NCBI GenBank assembly: GCA_963820525.1
Contig: CAWGAA010000001.1
Coordinates: 1,824,001 to 1,888,000, forward strand
Length of the DNA: 64,000 nucleotides
Origin: an uncultured Spirochaetota bacterium
Lineage (GTDB): Bacteria > Spirochaetota > Spirochaetia > SZUA-6 > Fen-1364
Direction: 5' to 3'
Below the pieces are notes generated by a model. It was not told the origin of the DNA. It worked only from the letters and a program-made list of their open reading frames with translations, and did no database searches. Position numbers and translations under genes: made by a program. Positions 1 through 10,355 of the stretch are shown in pieces; within the stretch, counting starts at the first letter, position 1; every line of letters starts with the position of its first letter.

Positions 1-176
1 TGGTCCGCGGAATAGGCGATCCGCTCCTCGATGATTCCCGAGATCCTGTTGGAAATGAAAATCGCCAGTATTACGAAGGGGATCACGATGATGGCGAGGT
101 ACGATATGAGGAGCTTCTGCCTGAGTTTCAGGTCGAAGCGGAACCAGCGCACGAGGGGCCACAGCGAAGGCTTCAC
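1..176 (-). CDS. Sensor histidine kinase N-terminus (YesM-like), runs off window start
   Basis: Manual translation from GTG at 176, overlapping the TGA of the upstream gene: MKPSLWPLVRWFRFDLKLRQKLLISYLAIIVIPFVILAIFISNRISGIIEERIAYSAD. 'LRQKLLISYL..IIVIP' + TM helix is typical of YesM-type kinases; follows a YesN-like regulator. Confidence 0.7.
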   Translation of the reverse strand, partial: MKPSLWPLVRWFRFDLKLRQKLLISYLAIIVIPFVILAIFISNRISGIIEERIAYSAD

Positions 177-1760
177 GACAGGATCCGCTCTCGGAACTCG
201 GATGGCGAGGCGCCCACAAGCTTGCGGAACGCCCGTGCAAAGTAATTCGCGTCGGCGAACCCCGAGCGCGCCGCCACCTCGCTCATCTTGGGAAGGTTCT
301 TATCGGCAAGAAGCTCCTTGGCGCGCTCCAGCCTGTATTCGATCATGTGTCTGTGGATCGTCTGCCCTGTCGCTTCCCGGAAAAGCCGGCACACGTATGC
401 CGTGGAAAGCTTCACCTCCGCCGCGATCCTCTGAATCGAGAGCCCCGGCGACTGGTAGTTTCTGTGGATGAAGTGCTTGACCTCGACGACGACCCTCCCT
501 TCATCGCGTCTTTCCAGGAGCCGGGCAAAGACGAGCTTCAGGCGCGCCTCCAGAAGGGAGACGACCTCGGCGAGGGTTCCCCGGCGCTCGATGGCCTCGG
601 AAAGGGCGCGCGCCGATTCGCCGCGCTCGAAGGGATCTATTCCCCTGCGCTCGGCGTAGGAGATCAGCCGGAGCATGAAGCCGGCGAGGAAATCCCGGGC
701 CCTGCCCGCTTGGCGGGAGCCGGATTGGCGCATTCCCGCGGCCAGGGATTCCAGAATCGATGCGGCCGTCCCGGCGTCCTCCCGATCCAGGCTGGCCTGG
801 AACGCGTCGAGAGACCGCTCGTCGAGCGGGAGATCGGCGGCGCCTGCCGACGCATGAAAGACGATGCTCCCGGCGCCGATGAAGAAGGCAGCGTCGAGCG
901 CGGAAGAAGCCCCCTCATGGGAAGCGAGCGCGTTTTGAGCGCCGGAAACCGCGCCGCCGACTCCGGCAAGGAGCTCTATTTCCGGCAGGGAGCGAAACAG
1001 CCGGGTGAGCGAACCCTCGATCTCCCGCTCCGCCGGCAGGCGCCGCCGATCCGGGCCGGGTAAAAGAATGACCACGGCCAGGCTGTCACCTTTGAACGCC
1101 GCCAGGAAGCGGATCGAGGACGCATCCGCCGTCCGCTCCACGGCCCCCTGAAACCGATCCCGGAAGGCCGAGTCCGCGGGAAACGCGCCGGCGGCGGGCC
1201 GGACCAGAACGACGACGAGCTGCGTATCCGCGCCGATGGCAAGTCCGGAAGCCTCGATCATGGAGTTGATCCTGTTGAAATCGGGATCGGGGTCCGTCAA
1301 CGCGAGCGCGATCTCGGCCCGAAGCAGGGGGATGCCCGTCTGGGATAGGGCGTGGAGCTCCGTTTCTCTGCGCGCCGTGTCGGCCGCCGCGCGGCAGGCG
1401 GCGACCGCCGCCTTGAGGACACTCGCGAAGCTCGCTGGAGCGGAACGGCTTTTCGATATACCTCATCGCCTTGAGCTCGATCGCGGCCTTCAGGTACTCC
1501 TTGTCCGCGTAGCCGCTCATGAAGATGATCTGGCAGTCGGGAATGAGCTTTCGAAGCTCGAATGACATCGCCACGCCGTCCATGCGGGGCATCCTGACGT
1601 CCGCGAGCACGATATCCGGCCTGAAGGACCGGGCGAGCTCGAGGGCGTTGACCCCATCGTCCGCCTCTTCAATTTCATCAATGCCGACGCCGGCAAAATC
1701 GATCTCTTCGATGACTCCCTTTCGCGTGTAGTATTCGTCTTCGACGATGAGGAGCTTCAT
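173..1760 (-). CDS. YesN-like response regulator (REC + AraC HTH), frameshifted near 1420
   Basis: REC domain MKLLIVEDE...DVRMPRMDG...YIEKP from ATG 1760; AraC C-terminus (GFADANYFARAFRKLVGASPSEFR) in ORF 173..1300; removing one base near 1420-1427 joins them. Confidence 0.85.
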
Positions 1761-1863
1761 TGGAATGCCAATGATAGAGCCGGTGCATGCCGATGTAAAG
1801 CCCGAGGCGTGCGCGATCGCTCCAAGGCGCTGCCGCGCCAAACCGCGAAACAGTCGAAAAAAC

Positions 1864-1892
1864 TTGACAAGGCTCTTTCAGAGGTTTACACT
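1864..1892 (+). promoter_or_regulatory. sigma70 promoter for the LacI/sugar ABC operon
   Basis: TTGACA (1864-1869), 17 bp, TACACT (1887-1892). Confidence 0.75.
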
Positions 1893-1895
1893 GGC

Positions 1896-1947
1896 GTCGA
1901 AACGCTTCGACGAAGCGTTTCGACGAAGCGTTTCGACTAAGCGCTTC
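1896..1947. promoter_or_regulatory. Four tandem LacI-type operators with 13-bp period
   Basis: Cores GAAACGCTTC (1899), GAAGCGTTTC (1912), GAAGCGTTTC (1925), TAAGCGCTTC (1938); CG-centred pseudo-palindromes just downstream of the -10. Confidence 0.75.
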
Positions 1948-1983
1948 AATTGAATTCTAAAGGTGGCGTACCACAGGTGATCA

Positions 1984-3057
1984 ATGGCGACGATGCATGA
2001 TGTGGCAAAACATGCCGGTGTATCGGTGAGCACGGTTTCCTACGCTCTCAATGGGACGCGGCCAATCTCTCAGAAGACAAAGGATCTGATCCACGCTGCG
2101 ATGGAGCAATTGGGGTATCGCCCCCATGCGCTTGCACGGGGACTTGCCAGCAGGCGCAGCAGGATCATCGCGCTCCATTTCTCCACCTCGGAGCGCGGCA
2201 TCGGAGAGACGGAGCTCGAGTTCGTCACCAGCGCGGCGAAAGCAGCTTTGAAACGGGGCTACCACCTGGTGCTGTGGACATCGGAAATGGAAGACCCCGA
2301 CCGGCTGCGAGAGCTCACCCGCCAGGGGCTGGTGGACGGGATGGTCCTCATGGAGGTCCGCCAGGACGACGGGCGCATCGGCGTCCTGCGTGAAATGAGC
2401 ATGCCTTTCAGCATGATCGGCAGGTGCGCCGACACTACCGGGATCAGCTTCGCCGACGTCGATTTCGACCAGACAACCCGTGATGCCGTCTCCTACCTCT
2501 TCGAGCTCGGCCACTCCCGAATTGCGTTCCTCAACCAGTCGCTGCAGGTCTTCAACGAGGGATACGGACCGGCGGTCCGCGCCTACCAGGGCTTCATGCG
2601 GGCCACCGCAGAAAAGGGAATAGAAGGCATCGCACGGTTTTGCCATTCCTCTCCGCGTGACGGCTATGAGACCTTCACCGAGCTCATCGCGGCCCGACCC
2701 GGCCTCTCCGCCATCATCGCGATGAACGACAGGGCGGTGCCGGGGGTCTTGCAAGCCATCGCGGATCGGGGATGCCGCGTGCCCGAGGATTTCTCCCTGG
2801 TGTCCATTGTCTCCTCGGCCCGCGCGGCGGAGCTCTTTGTGCCCCCCCTCACGACGATGGAGGCCCAAGCCTCGGCCCTCGGGAGGATGGCCGTGACATG
2901 CCTCATCGATCAGCTGGAGGGCGGATCCAAGGAGATGCCACAGGCGCTTCTTCCCTGCGGCTTGGTGGTGCGCGGAAGCACGGGGCCGTGCCGCAAGGTC
3001 TCTTCGATCCCGCCGCGGCCCATCGACGAGCCCGCCTTCGGTTCCGCCGTGAAATGA
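1984..3057 (+). CDS. LacI family transcriptional regulator
   Basis: MATMHDVAKHAGVSVSTVS HTH, YRPHALARGL hinge, sugar-binding domain. Confidence 0.95.
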   Translation: MATMHDVAKHAGVSVSTVSYALNGTRPISQKTKDLIHAAMEQLGYRPHALARGLASRRSRIIALHFSTSERGIGETELEFVTSAAKAALKRGYHLVLWTSEMEDPDRLRELTRQGLVDGMVLMEVRQDDGRIGVLREMSMPFSMIGRCADTTGISFADVDFDQTTRDAVSYLFELGHSRIAFLNQSLQVFNEGYGPAVRAYQGFMRATAEKGIEGIARFCHSSPRDGYETFTELIAARPGLSAIIAMNDRAVPGVLQAIADRGCRVPEDFSLVSIVSSARAAELFVPPLTTMEAQASALGRMAVTCLIDQLEGGSKEMPQALLPCGLVVRGSTGPCRKVSSIPPRPIDEPAFGSAVK

Positions 3058-3144
3058 GCGGGGCGCGGACGGCTGGAATGTTTCGGGATTCCTCCGCTCG
3101 GCGAGCGGATTTGACATATCTCAAGAGCGAGAAAGGAGAGAGTA

Positions 3145-4419
3145 ATGTCGTCTAAATTCTTCAAGGTATTTGCGGTTGCCATTACCGTGGCGCTGGCCTT
3201 CTCCCTGGTGGCCTGCGGTAAGGCGGGCCCCAAAGTCCTCAAGATCTGGCACTACGAGTCTGCCAATGGCGCCATGGGCGCCTCGTGGGCGGAGGCCATG
3301 AAGCAGTTCGAGGCTTCCCACCCCGGCGTGAAGGTGGCCTTCGAGCAGAAGGGCTTCGAGCAGATCCGCCAGACGGCCAGCATGATCCTCAACTCGGCGG
3401 ACGCCCCGGACGTCATGGAGTACAACAAGGGCAACGCCACGGCAGGCCTCCTGTCAAAGCAGGGACTGCTTGCCGATCTCACCGATTACGCGCAGAAGCG
3501 CGGGTGGGACAAGCTCCTGGGACCGAGCCTTGCCAGCGTCTGCCAGTACGACGCCAATGGCATCATGGGCTCGGGCAAGTGGTACGGCGTCACCAACTAC
3601 GGCGAATACGTGATGGTCTATTACAACAAGGACATGTTCGACAAGCAGGGGGTGCAGGTCCCCACCACCCTCGCCGAGTTCGAAAACGTGTTGGCCAAGT
3701 TCGCCAAGGCGAAGATCACACCCCTGGCGGTGTCCGGAGCCGAATACCCGGCCCAGCAGATCTTCTATGAGCTCGTCCTCTCCAAGGCCAACCGCTCATT
3801 CATCAACGCGTACCAGCTCTACCAGGGCGAGGTTGACTTCCACGGGCCCGAGTTCACCTTCGGCGCGGACAAGATGGTCGAGTGGATGAAGAAGGGCTAC
3901 ATCAGCAAGGACGCCGTTTCGATGAAGGCCGAGGACATGGGCCTGGCATTCGAAGGCGGCAAGAACCCCATGATGATCTCGGGAAGCTGGTGGTACGGCA
4001 GGCTCATGAACGAGATCAAGAACTTCCAGTGGGGAATCTTCCTCTTCCCCGGGAACAATTACGCGCCGGGCTCCGGCGGCAACATCTGGGTGATTCCGTC
4101 CAACTCGAAGAGCAAGGACCTGGCGGCCGACTTCATCGACATCACGCTGAAGAAGGACATCCAGAACCTCCTGGGCAACGCAGGCGGAATTCCCGTGGCG
4201 GCGGATCCCGCGCAGATCACGGATCCCAAGGTCAAGGACCTGATCTCGAGCTTCAACACCCTGGTGCAGAACGACGGGCTGGCCTTCTATCCCGACTGGC
4301 CGGTGCCGGGCTATTACCAGGTCCTCGTCTCCAGCGTCCAAGACCTGATGGGCGGGACCAAGCCCCCGGCGAAAGTCCTGGACGATCTGGCCAAGGCGTA
4401 CAAGGAGCGCGGCCAGTAG
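3145..4419 (+). CDS. Sugar ABC transporter substrate-binding lipoprotein
   Basis: Lipobox LVAC, CUT1-type SBP features, operon context. Confidence 0.9.
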   Translation: MSSKFFKVFAVAITVALAFSLVACGKAGPKVLKIWHYESANGAMGASWAEAMKQFEASHPGVKVAFEQKGFEQIRQTASMILNSADAPDVMEYNKGNATAGLLSKQGLLADLTDYAQKRGWDKLLGPSLASVCQYDANGIMGSGKWYGVTNYGEYVMVYYNKDMFDKQGVQVPTTLAEFENVLAKFAKAKITPLAVSGAEYPAQQIFYELVLSKANRSFINAYQLYQGEVDFHGPEFTFGADKMVEWMKKGYISKDAVSMKAEDMGLAFEGGKNPMMISGSWWYGRLMNEIKNFQWGIFLFPGNNYAPGSGGNIWVIPSNSKSKDLAADFIDITLKKDIQNLLGNAGGIPVAADPAQITDPKVKDLISSFNTLVQNDGLAFYPDWPVPGYYQVLVSSVQDLMGGTKPPAKVLDDLAKAYKERGQ

Positions 4420-4456
4420 GCGAATCGGCTTTGAGCCGGATCTCGATTCTGAAAAA

Positions 4457-4493
4457 GGGGCGGTGCCATCCCTTCGGGGAGGGCACCGCCTTC
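4457..4493 (+). terminator. Intercistronic stem-loop after the SBP gene
   Basis: GGCGGTGCC-ATCCC-TTCG-GGGAG-GGCACCGCC hairpin with cUUCGg loop; no clear U-tract, so it may act as an mRNA stabiliser. Confidence 0.55.
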
Positions 4494-4513
4494 AATTGGA
4501 GAGGGACCCCTTC

Positions 4514-5419
4514 ATGAGACAATCACGCCCGGCATGGAGCCGCGGTTTCGGCCTGTTCCTCATCCCGGGAGCCGTCACGCTCCTGGTAATAATCATCCTT
4601 CCCCTGGCGGCGAACATCGGCATCAGCTTCACACGGTGGACCGGAGTCGGAATGCCCCGCTGGATCGGGCTTGAAAACTTCAAGAGGGCCTTCGGCGACG
4701 GGGTATTCTGGGCATCGTTTCGAAACAACCTCGCCATGATCGGCGCCGTGACCGTGGTCCCGACCATCGTCGGGCTCCTCCTCGCCGTGTTCCTCTTCGA
4801 TTACGTCGCCCGCCAGTTCGGCAAGGGGGCCGTCACATTCTTCCGCGCCGGATACTACCTGCCCCAGATCCTCCCCGTGGCCATTGCGGGGGTGGTATGG
4901 GGCTGGATCCTGGACCCCAACTATGGGGCGCTCAACATCATCCTCAAGCAGCTCCAGCTCACCCGGGAGACCCTGAACCTCCTGGGGGATCCGTCCACAG
5001 CCCTGCTCACCGTCATGGGGATCATGATCTGGTTCCAGATCGGCTACCCGCTGGTCATCTTCATGGCGGCCCTCCAGCGTATCGATCCCCAGATCCTGGA
5101 GGCGGCTTCGATGGACGGCGCCTCCTGGTTCCAGCGCTTCACGATCATCACGGCCATCATCAGCCCCGAGATCGGCGTGGTGGTCCTCACCACGACGATC
5201 TACGCGCTGAAGCTCTTCGCCCAGATCTATGTCCTCACCAGGGGCGGGCCGGGATCGGCCACAATGGTTCCCTCCTATTTCGCCTACCAGAACTTCTTCG
5301 AGAAATCCAATGTGGGCTACGGGGCCCTCATCTCCACGATTATGACGGTCATCATCGTGATCCTCACCGCCGTCTTCATCAACATCCAGTCCCGGCGGCC
5401 GACCGTGGAGGAGTTCTAG
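4514..5419 (+). CDS. Sugar ABC transporter permease
   Basis: Multiple TM helices, EAA motif (EAASMDGAS). Confidence 0.92.
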   Translation: MRQSRPAWSRGFGLFLIPGAVTLLVIIILPLAANIGISFTRWTGVGMPRWIGLENFKRAFGDGVFWASFRNNLAMIGAVTVVPTIVGLLLAVFLFDYVARQFGKGAVTFFRAGYYLPQILPVAIAGVVWGWILDPNYGALNIILKQLQLTRETLNLLGDPSTALLTVMGIMIWFQIGYPLVIFMAALQRIDPQILEAASMDGASWFQRFTIITAIISPEIGVVVLTTTIYALKLFAQIYVLTRGGPGSATMVPSYFAYQNFFEKSNVGYGALISTIMTVIIVILTAVFINIQSRRPTVEEF

Positions 5420-5420
5420 C

Positions 5421-6260
5421 ATGGGCGAGCAAAAGTCTCTCACCTTCATGACGAAATACCTGGCCCTGCTTCTCCTGATCGTTCTCCTCGTGGTGATGCT
5501 GTTCCCCTTTTTCATCGTGGCGCTCAACTCCTTCAAGACCGCCTCGGACTACGCAACATACGGTCCCATGAGCCTGCCGAGACAGCTCTACTTCCAGTCC
5601 ATCGTGGAGTTCTGGAACCGGGTGAACTTCACGGGAAAGCTGGCCAACAGCCTCGTCATAGCCGTTTCGGTTGCCGTGCTGGGCGTTGGGCTTGCCCTCC
5701 TGAACTCGTTCGCCCTGGGAATCGGAAGGATGCGGGGAAGGAACTGGCTTCTGGTGCTGTTCATCATGGCCAATACCCTGCCCCAGGAGGCCCTCGCCTA
5801 TCCCCTGTACTACATGGCCAAGGCGGCGGGGCTCTATGACCGGCAGCTCGCCGTCATCCTCATCTTCATGGTGATCCAGGGAGCATTCGGCACCTATCTC
5901 CTCACCAACGTCCTTCGCGCCTTTCCCCGCGACATGGTGGAGGCGGCAATGGTCGACGGCTGCGGCAAGGCGAGGCTGCTCTTCCGCATCGTGGCGCCGG
6001 TGAACATGCCCACCCTCGCGGTGCTGTTCACGTTCTTCTTCATCTGGACCTGGAACGAGTTCTTCCTGCCCCTGATCATCCTCATCTCGGACGCGCGCCA
6101 GACGGTTCCCATTGCCATCTCCGTTACCCAGGGACAGCACAACATGGACGCCACGATGGCGAGCGCCTCGGCCCTCCTCGGCATCCTTCCCTGCATCATC
6201 TTCTTCGTCATTTTCCAGCGCAACCTCACCAGGGGAATCACCGCCGGGAGCATACGCTAA
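5421..6260 (+). CDS. Sugar ABC transporter permease
   Basis: EAAMVDGC motif, WTWNEF motif. Confidence 0.92.
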   Translation: MGEQKSLTFMTKYLALLLLIVLLVVMLFPFFIVALNSFKTASDYATYGPMSLPRQLYFQSIVEFWNRVNFTGKLANSLVIAVSVAVLGVGLALLNSFALGIGRMRGRNWLLVLFIMANTLPQEALAYPLYYMAKAAGLYDRQLAVILIFMVIQGAFGTYLLTNVLRAFPRDMVEAAMVDGCGKARLLFRIVAPVNMPTLAVLFTFFFIWTWNEFFLPLIILISDARQTVPIAISVTQGQHNMDATMASASALLGILPCIIFFVIFQRNLTRGITAGSIR

Positions 6261-6287
6261 AGCTCGACCTGAAAGGGATACATCGAA

Positions 6288-8612
6288 TTGAAATTCACGG
6301 ACGGTTACTGGCTATTGCAGAAGGGTCTCACGGCTCACTACCCCCAGCACCTCTACGACCACGAAATCCAACCCGAGTCCGTCACTCTCTACGCGCCGGT
6401 GAGGGAGATCGCGCGCAGGGAGGACACGCTCAACTCCACCCTCATTACCGTTCGCTTAAGCTCTCCCCTGGAAGACGTGCTTCGCGTTCGCATCACGCAC
6501 TTCGCCGGAGCGCGGCCCCGCCCCCCCCACTTCGATCTCGCCGTGACGGCGGAGGCGCCTGTCGCCGCGAAAGCGGACGACTCCTGGGTGACGATAGCAA
6601 GCGGCAGGCTGTCGGCGCGGGTGCCCCGCACGGGGCCCTGGCGGATCGAGTTCCTGTCCGCCGAGCGCCCGCTGACGGTAAGCCCCTCACGCGGAATCGG
6701 CTATATCGAGAAAAGCGGCGGGGAGCGCTACATCCATGATCAGCTCTCCCTCGGAGTGGGAGAGTGCATCTACGGCCTGGGAGAGCGGTTCACGGCGTTC
6801 GTGAAGAACGGCCAGGAGGTGGAGATCTGGAACAGGGACGGGGGAACCTCGAGCGAGCAGGCCTACAAGAACGTCCCGTTCTACATCTCAAGCGGCGGAT
6901 ACGGGGTATTCGTGAACCATCCCGAGCGGGTCTCCTTCGAAGTGGGCTCCGAGAAGGTCTCCAGGGTCCAGTTCAGCGTCCCGGGAGAGACCCTGGAGTA
7001 CTTCATCATCAACGGCCCTTCCCCCAAGGAGGTGCTGGCCAGGTACACGGCCCTCACCGGAAGGCCCGCCCTTCCGCCGGCATGGTCCTTCGGCCTGTGG
7101 CTCTCCACCTCTTTCACCACTTCCTACGACGAGAAAAGCGTGAACGAGATCGTGAAGGGCATGGAGGAGCGTGACCTGCCTCTCTCCGTGTTCCATTTCG
7201 ATCCCTTCTGGATGCGGGAGCTCAACTGGTGCGATTTCCAGTGGGATTCGCGGACCTTCCCCGACGCGGCGGCAATGCTCGCCCGGTTGAAGAAGAAAGG
7301 GCTGCGCGTCTGCCTGTGGATCAACCCCTACATTGCGCAGCGCTCGCCGCTCTTCGAGGAGGCTGCGCGGCAAGGCTACCTCCTCAGGAAGCCCGATGGC
7401 GACATCTGGCAGATCGATCTGTGGCAGCCCGGCATGGGGGTTGTGGACTTCACGAGCGCGGAGGCGCGCCGCTGGTATTCGGCCAGGCTCGCCGAGCTCC
7501 TCGACATGGGTGTTGACGCCTTCAAGACCGATTTCGGTGAGCGGATCCCGACGGAGGCCGTCTACTCCGACGGCTCTGATCCCGAAAAGATGCACAACTA
7601 CTACTCCTTCCTCTACAACCGGACCGTTTTCGAGCTCCTGGAGGAGCGGCGGGGCGCCGGGGAGGCCGTCGTATTCGCCCGCTCAGCAACCGCGGGATGC
7701 CAGCGATTCCCCGTGCACTGGGGAGGCGATTGCGATTCCTCCTTCGAGTCCATGGCGGAGAGCCTTCGCGGTGGGCTTTCCCTCGGCCTCTGCGGCTTCG
7801 GCTTCTGGAGCCACGATATCGGCGGCTTCGAGGGCATTCCCCCGGCTGATCTCTACAAGCGATGGATCGCCTTCGGCCTTCTCTCCTCCCACAGCCGGCT
7901 GCACGGAAGCACCTCGTACCGGGTCCCCTGGCTCTTCGACGAGGATTCGGTTTCTGTTCTCCGCCGCTTCACGAACCTGAAATGCAGGTTGATGCCGTAT
8001 CTCTATGCCGCCGCGGTGGAGGCGGCTGAAACCGGCGTGCCTGTCATGCGGGCGATGCTCCTGGAATATCCCGAGGATCCCGCCTGCGTGCAACTCGAAC
8101 GGCAATACATGCTGGGCGGCTCGCTTCTCGTGGCTCCCGTATTCCGAGCGGACGGGACGGTCGAATACTATCTGCCGGAGGGGCGCTGGACCAGCCTGCT
8201 CTCCGGGGAAGCGCAAAGCGGCCCGGGATGGCGGCGCGAGAGGCACGGGTATCTCAGCCTGCCCCTGATGATGCGGCCCAACTCGGTGGTCCCGATGGGC
8301 GAGCGCGAAGACCGGCCCGACTACGCGTATACGGAAGGGCTTCTCCTGTACGCAAACGAGCTTGCCGACGGCGCCGTCATCACCACCACGGTGCCGGACC
8401 TCTCGGGCCGGCCTGCCGCGGTCTTCGAGACCCGGCGAAAGGGAGATGCCGTCAGCGTATCGCTTGAGGGATCCGCCGCGCGCTGGGGCCTCCTTCTGCT
8501 CGGCGTCACGAAAGCAACTTCTCTCAAGGGCGGCAGGGTGGAAACGGATCCCATCGGCCTGCTCGTTCGCGCGGATGCCGGCGCCAAGCGCGTCTCCCTG
8601 AAGCTGAAATAG
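6288..8612 (+). CDS. yicI: Alpha-xylosidase, GH31
   Basis: MKFTDGYW start (TTG), KTDFGERIP nucleophile motif, WSHDIGGF, SSHSRLHG. Confidence 0.92.
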   Translation: MKFTDGYWLLQKGLTAHYPQHLYDHEIQPESVTLYAPVREIARREDTLNSTLITVRLSSPLEDVLRVRITHFAGARPRPPHFDLAVTAEAPVAAKADDSWVTIASGRLSARVPRTGPWRIEFLSAERPLTVSPSRGIGYIEKSGGERYIHDQLSLGVGECIYGLGERFTAFVKNGQEVEIWNRDGGTSSEQAYKNVPFYISSGGYGVFVNHPERVSFEVGSEKVSRVQFSVPGETLEYFIINGPSPKEVLARYTALTGRPALPPAWSFGLWLSTSFTTSYDEKSVNEIVKGMEERDLPLSVFHFDPFWMRELNWCDFQWDSRTFPDAAAMLARLKKKGLRVCLWINPYIAQRSPLFEEAARQGYLLRKPDGDIWQIDLWQPGMGVVDFTSAEARRWYSARLAELLDMGVDAFKTDFGERIPTEAVYSDGSDPEKMHNYYSFLYNRTVFELLEERRGAGEAVVFARSATAGCQRFPVHWGGDCDSSFESMAESLRGGLSLGLCGFGFWSHDIGGFEGIPPADLYKRWIAFGLLSSHSRLHGSTSYRVPWLFDEDSVSVLRRFTNLKCRLMPYLYAAAVEAAETGVPVMRAMLLEYPEDPACVQLERQYMLGGSLLVAPVFRADGTVEYYLPEGRWTSLLSGEAQSGPGWRRERHGYLSLPLMMRPNSVVPMGEREDRPDYAYTEGLLLYANELADGAVITTTVPDLSGRPAAVFETRRKGDAVSVSLEGSAARWGLLLLGVTKATSLKGGRVETDPIGLLVRADAGAKRVSLKLK

Positions 8613-8626
8613 GGCCCCGGATCCAG

Positions 8627-8644
8627 CCTTGACCTGGATCAAGG
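8627..8644. promoter_or_regulatory. FNR/HcpR (Crp-Fnr family) box upstream of hcp
   Basis: CC-TTGAC-CTGG-ATCAA-GG matches TTGAT-N4-ATCAA with one mismatch, about 55 bp before the hcp start. Confidence 0.75.
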
Positions 8645-8699
8645 CATAATCCCCCATGATCGGCTACCTTCCACACTCGTAAGGGACAGGAGGATACCG

Positions 8700-10328
8700 G
8701 TGGACATGTTTTGCTTTCAGTGCGAACAGACCGCGGGAGGGTCGGGGTGCACGAGCGTGGGGGTCTGCGGAAAGAAGCCCGATGTGGCGGCCCTTCAGGA
8801 CCTCATCGTCTATCAGCTCAAGGGCATCGGCTGGCTCGCTCACAAGGCGAGGCGGGGAGGCGCCGTGGACGCGGCGGTGAACCTGTTCACGGCCGAGGCG
8901 CTCTTCAGCACGGTGACAAACGTCACCTTCGACTCCGACAGGCTCGCGGGGGTGATCCGCGAAGGCGAGACGATCCGGGGCGCGGCTCTCGGGATGTGCA
9001 GGCGGGCGGGAGTCCTCACGGACGACGCTCCGGCGCCGGCGCTTTTCGCCGCGCCTGAAAATCCGGATGAGCTTGCGAGCGCGGCGGCCGCCCGCGGCGT
9101 CATGTCTGAAGAGATGGACCCGGATGTCCGCTCCCTCGAGCAGCTCCTGCTCTACGGTCTGAAAGGGATGGCGGCATACGCGGATCACGCGCTCATATTG
9201 GGGAAAACCGACGAGGCGATCTTCGCGTTCATGCACGAGGCGCTCGCCGCGGTCGCCGGCGCGCCTCCCTCGGTCAAGGAGCTCATCGCCCTGTGCATGC
9301 GGCTGGGGGAAACGAACATCCGCACCATGGCCCTCCTCGACGCGGCGCACACGGGCCGCTTCGGGCATCCCGCGCCGGCCGTGGTTTCCACGGGGACCCG
9401 GGAAGGCCCCGCCATCGTCGTGAGCGGGCATGACCTTCTGGACCTGGAAGCGCTGCTCCAGCAGACCGAAGGCACCGGGGTGAACGTCTACACTCATGGA
9501 GAGATGCTTCCCGGCCACGGGTATCCGGCCTTGAGGAAGTTTCCCCACCTGGCGGGTCACTTCGGAACTGCCTGGCAGAACCAGCAGAAGGAGTTCGACG
9601 GCAAGCCCGCCGCGTTCCTCTTCACGACGAACTGCATCCAGAAGCCGCGGGAATCGTACCGGGATCGCGTCTTCACCACGGGGCTCGTCGGCTTTCCCGG
9701 CGTGACTCACGTGAAGGACCGGGACTTCTCCGCGGTCATCGCGAAGGCAAAGTCCCTGGGCGGCTTCTCGAAGACTCACGGAGGGACTCTCACCACCGGC
9801 TTCGGGCACAACGCCGTTCTCTCCGTGGCGGGAAAGGTGGTGGACGCCGTGAAGAGCGGCTCGATCAAGCGGTTTATCCTGATGGGAGGCTGCGACGGGG
9901 CCAAGCCCGGACGCAACTACTACACCGAGATCGCCGAGAAAGCGCCGAAGGACACCGTCATCCTCACCCTCGCCTGCGGCAAGTTCCGCTTCAACCACCT
10001 GACGCTTGGGGAAAGAGAGGGCATCCCGCGCCTGATCGACGTGGGCCAGTGCAACGACGCGTACTCGGCGGTGGTCATAGCCCAGGCGCTCGCGTCCGCG
10101 TTCGGCTGCGGGGTGAACGACCTGCCGCTCTCGTTCGTTCTTTCCTGGTACGAGCAGAAGGCGGTCGCGGTCCTTCTCTCCCTGCTCTCCCTCGGGATCA
10201 AGGGGATCCGCCTCGGGCCGAGCCTGCCCGCGTTCGTCTCTCCCGGGGTCTTGAGCTTCCTCGTCGAGACCTTCGACATCACGCCGATCGGGACGGCGGA
10301 TAAGGACCTGGAGGCCATAGTATCCTGA
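8700..10328 (+). CDS. hcp: Hybrid cluster protein (hydroxylamine/NO reductase)
   Basis: MFCFQCEQT...GC...GVCGK, GHDL, THGEMLP, GGCDG, GQCND, SWYEQKA motifs. Confidence 0.96.
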   Translation: MDMFCFQCEQTAGGSGCTSVGVCGKKPDVAALQDLIVYQLKGIGWLAHKARRGGAVDAAVNLFTAEALFSTVTNVTFDSDRLAGVIREGETIRGAALGMCRRAGVLTDDAPAPALFAAPENPDELASAAAARGVMSEEMDPDVRSLEQLLLYGLKGMAAYADHALILGKTDEAIFAFMHEALAAVAGAPPSVKELIALCMRLGETNIRTMALLDAAHTGRFGHPAPAVVSTGTREGPAIVVSGHDLLDLEALLQQTEGTGVNVYTHGEMLPGHGYPALRKFPHLAGHFGTAWQNQQKEFDGKPAAFLFTTNCIQKPRESYRDRVFTTGLVGFPGVTHVKDRDFSAVIAKAKSLGGFSKTHGGTLTTGFGHNAVLSVAGKVVDAVKSGSIKRFILMGGCDGAKPGRNYYTEIAEKAPKDTVILTLACGKFRFNHLTLGEREGIPRLIDVGQCNDAYSAVVIAQALASAFGCGVNDLPLSFVLSWYEQKAVAVLLSLLSLGIKGIRLGPSLPAFVSPGVLSFLVETFDITPIGTADKDLEAIVS

Positions 10329-10355
10329 AGCCGGCAGGCCGGCTCATGTCCTGCA

